From a virus, in the IMG/VR virus record IMGVR_UViG_3300049198_000011, positions 1 to 44,033 of that record: 44,033 nucleotides of DNA, one strand, 5' to 3'. The notes under the pieces were generated by a model. The model was not told the DNA's origin, searched no databases, and saw only the letters and a list, made by a program, of their open reading frames with translations. A program made the translations under genes and the position numbers. Shown here piece by piece: positions 9,253-17,854 of the stretch (the stretch's first letter is position 1; every line of letters begins with the position of its first letter).

Positions 9253-9747
9253 TTAATTCTTTTTTATTGCATCTAAGTCCTCTGCTGCGTCGTCGTATAG
9301 GTAGTTTTCAAAGTTCATTGCGCCGGACAGCAACAGGTTATTCAGTGACATATAATATTCTGGATTACCAAAGATATTTCGTGCAGCAGCCTTGCTGTAT
9401 GGCAGCTCTGAAACTTCAGGCTTATCAACCTTGCGCTTACCAAAAACGCCGCGCCATTGGTGAAAAAACTCGTACCACTTGTACTGCTGCTCGTCGTCGG
9501 CAGTCTCTTGCAATACACCGTCCCAATTAACTACGCCGTATTCAATCAGCCATTCAGCAACAAGCGTGTTTTCGTCGCCGGTTTGGTCTTTGTGTAATGG
9601 ACCAAACAGCTTTTTACGCAACTGCCTGACAAAATCCTGACTATCTGGAGTGCCCCATCGCCGCATATAAAAAACGCCGTCACCGATAAACACCGGCACA
9701 CCTTCATTTTGCTTTTTTAAATCTTCTCTGAATGCACTGAATTTCAT
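9253..9747 (-). CDS. Tail assembly chaperone (G part)
   Basis: Located between the major tail and tape measure genes and ends at the slippery site. Start chosen at MKFSAFRED (ggcggaaaaATG); the ORF is open up to 9780, so the start is uncertain. Confidence 0.7.
   Translation of the reverse strand: MKFSAFREDLKKQNEGVPVFIGDGVFYMRRWGTPDSQDFVRQLRKKLFGPLHKDQTGDENTLVAEWLIEYGVVNWDGVLQETADDEQQYKWYEFFHQWRGVFGKRKVDKPEVSELPYSKAAARNIFGNPEYYMSLNNLLLSGAMNFENYLYDDAAEDLDAIKKN
9258..9264 (-). promoter_or_regulatory. Programmed -1 ribosomal frameshift heptamer A_AAA_AAG
   Basis: The minus strand reads gca ata aaa aag aat taa. The X_XXY_YYZ heptamer sits 3 nt before the G stop, and the -1 frame continues ...KKELNWIMSLREDY into ORF 8900-9244. 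Confidence 0.75.
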
Positions 9748-9808
9748 TTTTCCGCCTAAAAAAAGGGGCAGCATAGCCACCCCAAAAGTTTACCCCATTC
9801 TTTGCTTA

Positions 9809-11002
9809 TTAGCTAAAGTTGCGGAAGATTCGCATTGTTTTGCCGTACTGACCTTTCTCAGCATTGAACGAGCAGCTTGAGCTGGCGATTACGTTGGCTT
9901 CAGTTGATTGCTCGTGCTCGGTGATTTTCACTCTGTCCATGATGATAACCGCTTTCTTGCCGCCGCCAAAGTTCAGCACTACGCCAGTGCCTAATACGTT
10001 AGCGCCGTTTTCAAAGTAATCACGGAAGCGGAACGGGTTAGACTTAGGCGATCGCGCAACCAGTGAGCCAGTCAAGCTGATTTGACCTAAACCTAAGCGC
10101 TGCGTACAACCGGCAGCTTGGTCAACTTGGTTATTGTTATTGTACTCAAACGTCATTGATTTTACAGAGCAAGTGGCGAACTCGTCATTCACAATGAACT
10201 CTTCAATGCTCTGCACTGAGCTCAAAGCGTCGTCAGTTGTTGCAGCGCCATCTGTTTGACCAGCGATTGCAGCATTGCCGGAAACTTTACGCTCAAACTG
10301 GATAGTTGACTCATACGTCAATGGGCCAGTTTCAGGAATAGTCATTGTTGCAGTGTTGGTGAAGCCGTTATACACAGTACGGTAACGCATGCCGCCAACT
10401 GCCGTATCGTCCGGCGCTCGGTCTTGCATGATAACCAGTGTTGGCTGGTTGCCTGTTGCTGTCTTGAATGACTCGATAGTCACAGATGCGCCAGCGGCAA
10501 CTACCGCAACAGGAGCAGGGTAAGTCACAACTGCCGTCAGCGTCTTGCTAACAACGCGATAAGCCGCGTTAAGGTCAGCATTGGCAAAGCCCTTAACAAA
10601 AAACCAGTCGCCAATGGATAGGTTATTAGTCCAGCCTGACGCGCCTGTGAAGCCTGTCGCAGTTGCAGCAAAGTCACTGGCAGTTACTACCAGCTCAACC
10701 TCAGCAGCGCCACACAGCGCAGAGCGGAAGTGCTCAAACGACTGAAGCGACACACCGCTTGAGAAATTACCCTCTACGGTTTCAACGTCCTGCACTTGTG
10801 CAACGCCTTCGCGGTCAGCTGGGCGCTCTGGTGATTCAACGTATGTTGGGGCCACACGAACACCGCCTGACCCTTTACGCAGCGGGATAAGCGTTAACGG
10901 CGAGTTAAGTACGTTATATGCGGTTTGGTATGCAAAAAAACTGTTAAAATCACTGCCGGTTAATTGACGATCAATGCCGGCCGTTGGTGCTGGTGAACTC
11001 AT
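9809..11002 (-). CDS. Major tail (tube) protein, 397 aa (by position)
   Basis: Located between the tail-terminator-like gene and the chaperone pair; size and beta-rich composition fit. Confidence 0.55.
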   Translation of the reverse strand: MSSPAPTAGIDRQLTGSDFNSFFAYQTAYNVLNSPLTLIPLRKGSGGVRVAPTYVESPERPADREGVAQVQDVETVEGNFSSGVSLQSFEHFRSALCGAAEVELVVTASDFAATATGFTGASGWTNNLSIGDWFFVKGFANADLNAAYRVVSKTLTAVVTYPAPVAVVAAGASVTIESFKTATGNQPTLVIMQDRAPDDTAVGGMRYRTVYNGFTNTATMTIPETGPLTYESTIQFERKVSGNAAIAGQTDGAATTDDALSSVQSIEEFIVNDEFATCSVKSMTFEYNNNNQVDQAAGCTQRLGLGQISLTGSLVARSPKSNPFRFRDYFENGANVLGTGVVLNFGGGKKAVIIMDRVKITEHEQSTEANVIASSSCSFNAEKGQYGKTMRIFRNFS

Positions 11003-11421
11003 TTTACTGTTTCCTCATAAAAATAATTAAAACTGACATTGACGTTATACCAGTCACGGTTATTAAATTCATTAATTAGGCCAAGATTGATTTTTAACGC
11101 GCCAAGCCATTCATTAGCGAAAGCCTTTTGCAGTGTCGCAGCAATGTTATTCGCTTCTTTGCTGCCTGTCATTTTAGGCCAATAAATATCAATCGAAAGC
11201 AGCCCGCTTGTAATCTGCCTGCATGGGCTTTCAGTGCTTACTGCTACGTCAGACATTATAACTTCAAGCCACGCGCCAGAAATAGGATTTGCAACCTGTA
11301 TCGGCGTTGGTCGCTCGAACCCGCCATTCGGGTAAGCAATGCGCGACTGGTCAAACCCAACTGGTAACGACGCCTTGAGCAGCGCAACAACATTATCCAG
11401 GTTATCTGTCTTTACGCTCAT
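10999..11421 (-). CDS. Tail terminator / tail completion protein (DUF4128-like)
   Basis: 140 aa. The pattern IAYPNGGFERP...GAWLEVIM...GLLSIDIYWP resembles the DUF4128 tail terminator family. ATGA coupling on both sides. Confidence 0.5.
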   Translation of the reverse strand: MSVKTDNLDNVVALLKASLPVGFDQSRIAYPNGGFERPTPIQVANPISGAWLEVIMSDVAVSTESPCRQITSGLLSIDIYWPKMTGSKEANNIAATLQKAFANEWLGALKINLGLINEFNNRDWYNVNVSFNYFYEETVK

Positions 11422-11873
11422 CGTTTCGCCCCAATAATTATATCAGCTTTCATCAAGCCAAAAGCAATCGAGCGGTCAACCATGCCTGCTGGCGTCTGCG
11501 CTGATGAGCCTTTATCCAAATCGCCAGCGTAATAGTATTCGCCGCCCGAGCCTGTCGCGTTGTTGACTATAAACACAGTATCAAACGCTTTAATGCGTTC
11601 AGCGCTTTGCTTGAGTCTTGCCTTTGCCGCTGAGCGGTTTCCGGTTTCGTCCTTGTTGGGGCCTGAGCCTTTTTTGTATGGCACATAAGGCGCGTATTGT
11701 TGGTTACTGTCCTCTTGCGCCGAAATAAACACGTTAGTTCTGGCTCGACCAGTATCAACCGGCATTTCGTCAATTAGCTGCTCGCCAATGCCCATCGCCG
11801 CTTCTTTCTGATACTGCAAAACAGTTTCTTCAAGCAAATCAAAAACAGAAAGCTCAATGGCATAATTGCTCAT
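11418..11873 (-). CDS. HK97 gp10-like head-tail component
   Basis: PVDTGRARTN motif typical of the HK97 gp10 family; position in the connector gene string. Confidence 0.55.
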   Translation of the reverse strand: MSNYAIELSVFDLLEETVLQYQKEAAMGIGEQLIDEMPVDTGRARTNVFISAQEDSNQQYAPYVPYKKGSGPNKDETGNRSAAKARLKQSAERIKAFDTVFIVNNATGSGGEYYYAGDLDKGSSAQTPAGMVDRSIAFGLMKADIIIGAKR

Positions 11874-12232
11874 ATCGAGCCAACCACTGTTACTGTTGCT
11901 TGTGCTGGGTCAATATCAACACTAAGCAGCGTGTATGCTTTGCCTGCAAACGTAAATCGAGTGTTTGCAACTGACGGCACTTGTTTAAAATCAGCGTAAA
12001 GCCCGATAAGCTCAATCTCATTGTTGGCGAGCGGCTTATTTTCAACCGGCTTTTCCATGTTGGCAGTCTCTACCATCTGAACCGTTAGAGTCGCTGCCAC
12101 TGCCGATTGTGTTTCATAGTTGAAAGCGCCGGTTGTCGTGAAAACAACTGGCTTTCTGAATAATGAGAACTTGCCAGACTGTCCAATAAGGCTGTCAGCT
12201 ATCTTCTTAAACTTGTCTGGGCTCAGGCTCAT
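11870..12232 (-). CDS. Head closure / head-tail adaptor protein (by position), 120 aa
   Basis: Small ORF in the coupled connector gene string. Confidence 0.4.
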   Translation of the reverse strand: MSLSPDKFKKIADSLIGQSGKFSLFRKPVVFTTTGAFNYETQSAVAATLTVQMVETANMEKPVENKPLANNEIELIGLYADFKQVPSVANTRFTFAGKAYTLLSVDIDPAQATVTVVGSI

Positions 12233-12233
12233 T

Positions 12234-12665
12234 CTAAACCCTCACCAAGCCGCTAGAGAATTGAATAGCGCCGGACTTCCTTAGAAGCATATCTAACGCA
12301 GGAGTTCTGGCTTTGCCTGTTGGTGTCGAGCCTGCTTGATACTTCACTGTACTAGATAGGCTGCCAACTGAGCTTGATTCTGACTCAATGATACCGCCCT
12401 TTATGGCTGCAAGGTCAACCGTTAGCAATCCAACCTGTTGCATTTCGCAAGCCTTCAGTGCCGAATCCTTGATAGCCGCAATGCTCACCAAGTCAGTAGT
12501 TGGTAACGCGTAACCGGCTTTGAGTTGATAGTAAGTGTTGATGAAGTCAGCAGACAAAACAACGTCAGCCTCAAGTGTTGCGGATTTAACTTCGATGCCG
12601 CGCAAGTTGGCATAGTCGAGGTAATCAGATTCGGTGATATATGCGTTTGTGCCGACTTGAATCAT
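12234..12665 (-). CDS. Head-tail connector protein (gp6 / DnaT-like family)
   Basis: The N-terminus NAYITESDYLDYANLRGIEV...ADFINTYY matches the usual pattern of this family. Confidence 0.5.
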   Translation of the reverse strand: MIQVGTNAYITESDYLDYANLRGIEVKSATLEADVVLSADFINTYYQLKAGYALPTTDLVSIAAIKDSALKACEMQQVGLLTVDLAAIKGGIIESESSSVGSLSSTVKYQAGSTPTGKARTPALDMLLRKSGAIQFSSGLVRV

Positions 12666-12922
12666 TATATTTCGCCTCTTTTGCGGCGATTATTCCACGC
12701 CCACAATATAAAGCCGCGCTCGATTATAAGCATGATTATGGCGATGTAGGACAGCGTCTCCATCCATGGCCACGCGGCAAACCAGCCGAAAACATCCCTG
12801 AACCAATCGCCTATCCGCGTATGGCTGACTGCACTTGTCCCGCCAGCTACCGCTAGAATCTTGCTCGTTAGAGTGTGGCTATAGTCGGTTATTGCGTTCA
12901 CCAGCTCGTTTTTGTTTGTCAC
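12665..12922 (-). CDS. Small membrane protein, 85 aa, holin-like topology (GTG start)
   Basis: Hydrophobic segment VFGWFAAWPWMETLSYIAIIMLII followed by a basic tail NNRRKRGEI. GTG start preceded by aagag. Confidence 0.5.
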   Translation of the reverse strand: MTNKNELVNAITDYSHTLTSKILAVAGGTSAVSHTRIGDWFRDVFGWFAAWPWMETLSYIAIIMLIIERGFILWAWNNRRKRGEI

Positions 12923-12957
12923 GCTCAGCTCTTATGAATTTGATTAGCTTATTGAGC

Positions 12958-13371
12958 CTAGTATAAATGAATATACCGATAAGCAGCAAGGCTAGTACGT
13001 CTGACAAAATCCAGCCCTCCTGTTGGCAGCAGATAGAAAAGGACTACCGCATCAAGTCCGTTGACAAGCCAAGCATAGCACGTCGAGAAAATGGTTACAT
13101 CGTCTGGTGAAGGGTAGAGGTAAATATCTACAGCGCAAAGGAAATTTACCGCAGAAAGCCACATAAACGCATAACGGATTTGTGATTTAATTTTGATTTG
13201 AACGCACGAAAGCTCAGCGAATAATGCCGACAGTGCAAGCGCTGTGAATATCGGTGACAGTGAGCTCTGGTAAAAAAGCTCAGATAAGGCGTGAGCTATT
13301 AGCGGGATTATTGCGGCAGAATTAAAAAGAAAGACCAAAGCAAATGCAATGGCCTTGACTTCATCAATCAT
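12958..13371 (-). CDS. Integral membrane protein, 137 aa, about 4 TM segments
   Basis: Four hydrophobic stretches (AIAFALVFLFNSAAIIPLIAHAL, SPIFTALALSALFAELSCV, YAFMWLSAVNFLCAVDIYLY, IFSTCYAWLVNGLDAVVLFYLL). The ATG overlaps the stop of the 19-aa ORF. Confidence 0.6.
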   Translation of the reverse strand: MIDEVKAIAFALVFLFNSAAIIPLIAHALSELFYQSSLSPIFTALALSALFAELSCVQIKIKSQIRYAFMWLSAVNFLCAVDIYLYPSPDDVTIFSTCYAWLVNGLDAVVLFYLLPTGGLDFVRRTSLAAYRYIHLY

Positions 13372-13427
13372 TTCTTAACTGGTTTTTTGTTGCCAGTTTT
13401 ATCTTTTGGATTCTTACTTGTTGCCAT
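13368..13427 (-). CDS. 19-aa lysine-rich peptide MATSKNPKDKTGNKKPVKK (leader or micro-ORF)
   Basis: Strong RBS (aaggagattagacATG) and ATGA overlap with the 4-TM gene. Below the length cutoff of the ORF track. Confidence 0.4.
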   Translation of the reverse strand: MATSKNPKDKTGNKKPVKK

Positions 13428-13468
13428 GTCTAATCTCCTTATGTTGGCAGGGTAGTGTAGCTTGCCGC

Positions 13469-13496
13469 AAAAGAAAAAGCCACCCGCTAAGGTGGC
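13469..13496 (-). terminator. Rho-independent terminator-like hairpin (minus strand)
   Basis: gccacc-ttagcg-ggtggc followed by tttttcttttgc on the minus strand. Confidence 0.55.
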
Positions 13497-13727
13497 CATC
13501 TTGTGCTATGTCGCTACCGGCACACAACCGGCTGAAAAGGTCAAAACCGCGAAAGTGGACGCGAAAAAACCTCAGCTACACAATTTCAAACACGGTAGGC
13601 ACTGCGCGGGTGGAGTCCGCCGCTCTGAATCGTGTTATCCGCCATTGTGGTCAAGCGTTAGAGGATTAAGCAAGGTTAGCCCAACCCAACTATCTTTGCA
13701 AGCTTCAATCGCCGGCGGATGATTAGG

Positions 13728-13759
13728 TGGCAAAAGAAAAGCCCTCTTTTGAGGGCTTT
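13728..13759 (-). terminator. Rho-independent terminator after the fibre gene (hairpin usable on both strands)
   Basis: aaagccctc-aaaa-gagggcttt followed by tcttttgcc on the minus strand, 17 nt after the stop at 13776. Confidence 0.7.
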
Positions 13760-13775
13760 GTTTTATTTGATGCGG

Positions 13776-15164
13776 TTATCTTCTAACTTTGGCCGAGAAC
13801 TTCATCCCCTGCGCCACGTTAGTTGACCAGAATTTAACGTCAACATCGTGCAGGTTCCAACCGTTAGGCTCACCGTTAATACCGTCGAAGGAATGGTTGT
13901 CTGCACCAATGTTGCTGCGGTGGGTATAGACCCCGACACGGAACCACAACGCAACAACAGTTTCACCTGTGGCATGGATAACGTGACGTGACGCGCCTTT
14001 GTAAATCGGTGTCAGCAAACCTTGCTCTTTAGCCAAATGGTATGTGGTCATTCCACCTACAGCCCAATCAGTGATATTAACACCGGAAAATGTCACAGGT
14101 TGTACGTCAACTTCGATTTTCTCAAGGTCAACATCAGTTAAAAACTGTGCTGACTCTGCTGGTGATAGCATGACATAGTACCAGCCTTTAAAATCCTCCG
14201 CCCACTTATCAACAAACATACCTGGAGTAGAACTGTAAGGCGCGGTATTGCCTGATTCGTTTGTGTAACGGCCTGCTTTGTGTACACCACGATTTACACC
14301 GCGAGTGGTACGCAATCTTAAGCGGTCCTGTGGAATGTTAGAGTCCTGTGGAACTACATAACAACCATGATCTTCGAACAAACTATCTTCGATAATGAAT
14401 TTCTCGGTGTAGTACGCTGTTTCATAATCGTAGGCACCAAAACCAGTATCAGGAATAACACAGCGACGAGTTTCGAAACGAGGGCGACAATACCACAGAG
14501 TACCATTAGCTAACTCTTTGTATCCGCCACCAACAGGATTTGCGGGAGCTTTCAGAGATTCTAGCCATTCCGCCTCAGTGCCGCTAAAGCCAGCATCGAA
14601 CGCCACTTGATAGGCTGACTTACCTTGATTACCAACATCACCTTTCTGACCTTTAAGGCTGTTCAACCAATCAAGATGTGAGCCTTTGTAGCCTGCGTCT
14701 AATGCGATTTCATAAGCTGATTTTCCGTCAGTGCCATTATCTCCTTTATCGCCCTTATCGCCCTTGTCGCCAGCCTTGCCTGCAGGAATGCCGAACTCGA
14801 ACTTCGTTTCATTTGCAGCTGTCCGCGTTACGGTTGCGGTGGGTGCGGCGTCGTAAGCTTTAATAACAGCAGTCGCGCTGACTGTGCCAGGGTCATCGCC
14901 AAAGTTTCTTGATTGTGAAATAGAAACCATCACTGATTGCGCGCTGATGTCGAAGTTTACTGGCACAATGAAAGACCAGATGTTGCCGTTTTTCTCATAC
15001 GCTGCATCTACACTTTGAGGAAAACCAGACGTGTCTGAATAAGCCACCTTTACAGTGGCATCCGTTAAAACCCCCTCGGGGACTTCAAATGATGCAGGTT
15101 GGCCGACCGTTAGAATTAAACCATCTAAACCAAGCTTGAACTCGTTTGAATAATTGTTAGCCAT
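13776..15164 (-). CDS. Tail fibre protein with collagen-like triplets and Phage_fiber_2-type repeats, 462 aa
   Basis: GKAGDKGDKGDKGDNGTDGKS, followed by a tandem SAYEIALDAGYKGSHLDWLNSLKGQKGDVGNQGKSAYQVAFDAGFSGTEAEWLESLK. Confidence 0.75.
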   Translation of the reverse strand: MANNYSNEFKLGLDGLILTVGQPASFEVPEGVLTDATVKVAYSDTSGFPQSVDAAYEKNGNIWSFIVPVNFDISAQSVMVSISQSRNFGDDPGTVSATAVIKAYDAAPTATVTRTAANETKFEFGIPAGKAGDKGDKGDKGDNGTDGKSAYEIALDAGYKGSHLDWLNSLKGQKGDVGNQGKSAYQVAFDAGFSGTEAEWLESLKAPANPVGGGYKELANGTLWYCRPRFETRRCVIPDTGFGAYDYETAYYTEKFIIEDSLFEDHGCYVVPQDSNIPQDRLRLRTTRGVNRGVHKAGRYTNESGNTAPYSSTPGMFVDKWAEDFKGWYYVMLSPAESAQFLTDVDLEKIEVDVQPVTFSGVNITDWAVGGMTTYHLAKEQGLLTPIYKGASRHVIHATGETVVALWFRVGVYTHRSNIGADNHSFDGINGEPNGWNLHDVDVKFWSTNVAQGMKFSAKVRR

Positions 15165-15173
15165 AACTTTTCC

Positions 15174-16067
15174 TTATAACCGAATGAATGCGTTTAAGTT
15201 CGCTGACGCTGGGCGCTTGTCAATCATAATTTGACCTTGCGGGTTTAACTGAACTGAAGCTGTGTGGCTGTGCTGTGGGATGACTACATTTGTTTGAATG
15301 TTATCCCATCCGCGCCAGTAAGCGCGTGGATAATTCCCGTTAGTGTCGGTTGCGCCATCAGGATCGCCGCTGCAATCTCTTGGAAGTGGCAACACTCTGT
15401 CTAAATAAGCGTACTTGGCTGGGTCTTGCGATACACTAACACTGAAGCTGTTGCTTGGCAGGTGGCGCACATCAAGCGCTAAGTTGTTGTTGTTGAAGTA
15501 ACTGCCCATCTGCCCACCAGCGGGAATGTTGTTATTGTAGTTGCCGCCAGAAGCGTATTTATTACGCATATCAACAGTATAGTAACCATGCAGTTTACTG
15601 TAAGGCGCGTTAATCATACTACCGTCACAGCGCCACCAGCCTTCACCCATGGTGTCAAATGGAGTGTATACAACAACGCCGGCCGGTGTTGATAGCGGCA
15701 GCAGGTCGCGGATAGAAACTTGCGCTCCGTTGTTGTAGTCCTTATCACAGATGTAAACGCCGCCGTAAGCCGTCACCATCTCGCCGGATTGGTACTGTTT
15801 GTTTGGCAAAAAAGCGCGAGGACCAAACTTCTGAATGTGGTCGGTGTTGAACGGATATTCTTGACTGACCGTGATAATCACTTTCCGAACTGTCGCTGCT
15901 GCTGCGAAGTCAATTCGTTGCGGATTAGCTGCGCTGTGAGTGAACTTAATCGGAAAGCCTTCGCCGTCACTACTGACAGAGATATCTGCGGTTTTGTGTG
16001 TGCCGGAAGGTAGTGAAATGTTATTCACGTTAGCGGGGATCGCTACTTTTACGATTCTCTTAAACAT
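15174..16067 (-). CDS. Tail fibre protein with tail-collar-like domain, 297 aa
   Basis: GEGWWRCDGSMINAPYSKLHGYY...VRHLPSNSF...PQHSHTA resembles the phage tail collar domain (GW-x-CDG ... LP-x-H-x-H). Confidence 0.55.
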   Translation of the reverse strand: MFKRIVKVAIPANVNNISLPSGTHKTADISVSSDGEGFPIKFTHSAANPQRIDFAAAATVRKVIITVSQEYPFNTDHIQKFGPRAFLPNKQYQSGEMVTAYGGVYICDKDYNNGAQVSIRDLLPLSTPAGVVVYTPFDTMGEGWWRCDGSMINAPYSKLHGYYTVDMRNKYASGGNYNNNIPAGGQMGSYFNNNNLALDVRHLPSNSFSVSVSQDPAKYAYLDRVLPLPRDCSGDPDGATDTNGNYPRAYWRGWDNIQTNVVIPQHSHTASVQLNPQGQIMIDKRPASANLNAFIRL

Positions 16068-16117
16068 ACTTTTTCCTTGTTTAATTGTCGCGCTTATCGG
16101 TGCGAGACATTACCGTA

Positions 16118-17608
16118 TTAAACTTTAACCCTGGTAGAGTTAACCTTTGCTTTAAACTCGATCAAGTCAATTTTCGGCATCTCGACGTTGCTGGCTGTGC
16201 TAGTCGCCTGCTGCTTAATCCCAAACCATGTGCTGGCTATAGTGCCCCTGTAAGTTGTACCTGTGCTATTGTAAGTGTAAAGCTGTACGCCGGCGTCACT
16301 AAAAAGAGTTACTTTAAACTTATCATCAGCTAGTAGCTCATATTTGGCAATGTACCAAGTATCCACCGCCAATGTGTACGTGCTGCCGGTTTCTGTAGCT
16401 GTTCCATTTATAACGGAGCCACCAAAAGCCTTGTCGTTTTCGATAATTAAGCCGCTGCGATTTAGCAGGGAATTAGTATTGATAAGAGTACCGACTGACG
16501 TCACCTGACCGGCGGCGAGTGATGGGGGCGTCTTAAGGTAAGCAACGATTGACAACTCACTGCCGATAGGATATAGGTTTGAAGCAATAACTCCAGAAAA
16601 ATACCCTCCAGAGGTGCCGTTTGTTTTATAGCTCATTACCCCAAAGTGCCCAGCCTCAGATGACAGCGCATTCTGTTGTATGGTAACTGATGAGAATGTA
16701 ATGTCATTGATTACTGCTCCAGCCACTGGCGGGGCGTACTGGAAATCAAAACTGCGGAAATACTCGGTGGTAACATCTCCTTGAGGGGTGTTATCCAGCT
16801 TCAGCTTATCTTCTTTCCGCATCAAGCCATCAACTGATTGAGTAGCCTTCTCATCCAATCGCACATCGCTAAACACTCTAGCTCTCAATGTGCGCCAAGG
16901 TTTGCTATTCATCGAGCCGCGCCACACCTTCAGCGGCTGACCATCTTCTTTCTGCATGATTAGCCGTAACTGATCGCCGTTACGAGCAAAGTATAAAGCA
17001 GGGTACTCGATAGTAAACTCTTGGCCAGAAGTTACGGTGATTGCCCGGCTGCTTACATGCAAATCAACACCTTTAGGATGACTACGGATAATGTTAGTTA
17101 TCTTTCCAGAATAAGCCTCACGCGCTTTTGTTGTTACAGAGGCTATGCACGTATTTGCTGTCATTGTTGTGGTGAAGTCATAAAGGGCTTCTGTGTCCAC
17201 AGCGATTCCGTTTGGGGCTAGAGCCGTTTGCAGAGCTTCAAACTTTAAGTACGTCGCAGGGTATTCTGTGCCTATGTCAGCAGTTAAACCCTGCCATGGT
17301 GGGAACCAGACAACAGCAGATTCTGGTGTTGCGTTGAACGCTTCATTTTTAAACCCGCAATTCTGACCGATAGAGCTAACAGAATGTGCTGGGTCTGAAG
17401 AGTCGCCTCCGCCCAAGTGCAAAGAGCCAACGCCCGTAGAAACAGAGCTTTTAAACCAACTGCCATCTGAATTTTGAGTCGCTATCAGCTCAGCACCTTT
17501 CCACAGCTGTAAACTGCCGGAGCCTGCGTCAACTTTGTATTCGTAGCCGGACGGCATTCCACCGCTAGAAGCCCCGCCGCTCGCACCACCTCTTCCAATT
17601 AAGCTCAT
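16118..17608 (-). CDS. Tail fibre protein, 496 aa
   Basis: Gly/Ser-rich N-terminus. Contains the DGLMRKEDKLKLD motif (GLMxxxDKxKLD, common in phage tail fibres). Beta-rich C-terminal domain. Confidence 0.6.
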   Translation of the reverse strand: MSLIGRGGASGGASSGGMPSGYEYKVDAGSGSLQLWKGAELIATQNSDGSWFKSSVSTGVGSLHLGGGDSSDPAHSVSSIGQNCGFKNEAFNATPESAVVWFPPWQGLTADIGTEYPATYLKFEALQTALAPNGIAVDTEALYDFTTTMTANTCIASVTTKAREAYSGKITNIIRSHPKGVDLHVSSRAITVTSGQEFTIEYPALYFARNGDQLRLIMQKEDGQPLKVWRGSMNSKPWRTLRARVFSDVRLDEKATQSVDGLMRKEDKLKLDNTPQGDVTTEYFRSFDFQYAPPVAGAVINDITFSSVTIQQNALSSEAGHFGVMSYKTNGTSGGYFSGVIASNLYPIGSELSIVAYLKTPPSLAAGQVTSVGTLINTNSLLNRSGLIIENDKAFGGSVINGTATETGSTYTLAVDTWYIAKYELLADDKFKVTLFSDAGVQLYTYNSTGTTYRGTIASTWFGIKQQATSTASNVEMPKIDLIEFKAKVNSTRVKV

Positions 17609-17838
17609 AAGCCTTCCCCTTCTTCGATGAGAAAACCGCCGCCTGTTGGCGTTAGGCGGACACGTAATCCTTTCGTGTAAATCGTTGTTGGCTTGGTTAC
17701 GGGTGAACTGACATCAGCAGCCCATGAAACGCCTGTCCAATATTCAACGACAACAGAAGCTGTTGAGTCTGGAACTATGGCTCGCTCGTCTTGATTTGTA
17801 CCGAATGAAATTTCAATCTGACTGGTATAACGCGACAT
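17605..17838 (-). CDS. Hypothetical protein, 77 aa, first gene after the capsid terminator
   Basis: ORF with aaggggttgctaatATG; its stop overlaps the start of the 496-aa fibre gene. Confidence 0.5.
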   Translation of the reverse strand: MSRYTSQIEISFGTNQDERAIVPDSTASVVVEYWTGVSWAADVSSPVTKPTTIYTKGLRVRLTPTGGGFLIEEGEGL

Positions 17839-17854
17839 ATTAGCAACCCCTTAT

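Noticed and set aside
13406-13722. Two plus-strand ORFs (87 and 86 aa) in the non-coding island
   Set aside because: They have no RBS, are Arg/Lys/Pro/Cys-rich, and run against the operon through two terminator hairpins. The region is treated as non-coding (see finding).
13428-13775. tRNA or tmRNA-like gene in the non-coding island (and elsewhere in the window)
   Set aside because: I could not build a cloverleaf and found no GTTCRANYC T-loop or matching acceptor stems. No tRNA-like sequence was noticed in any other intergenic region either.
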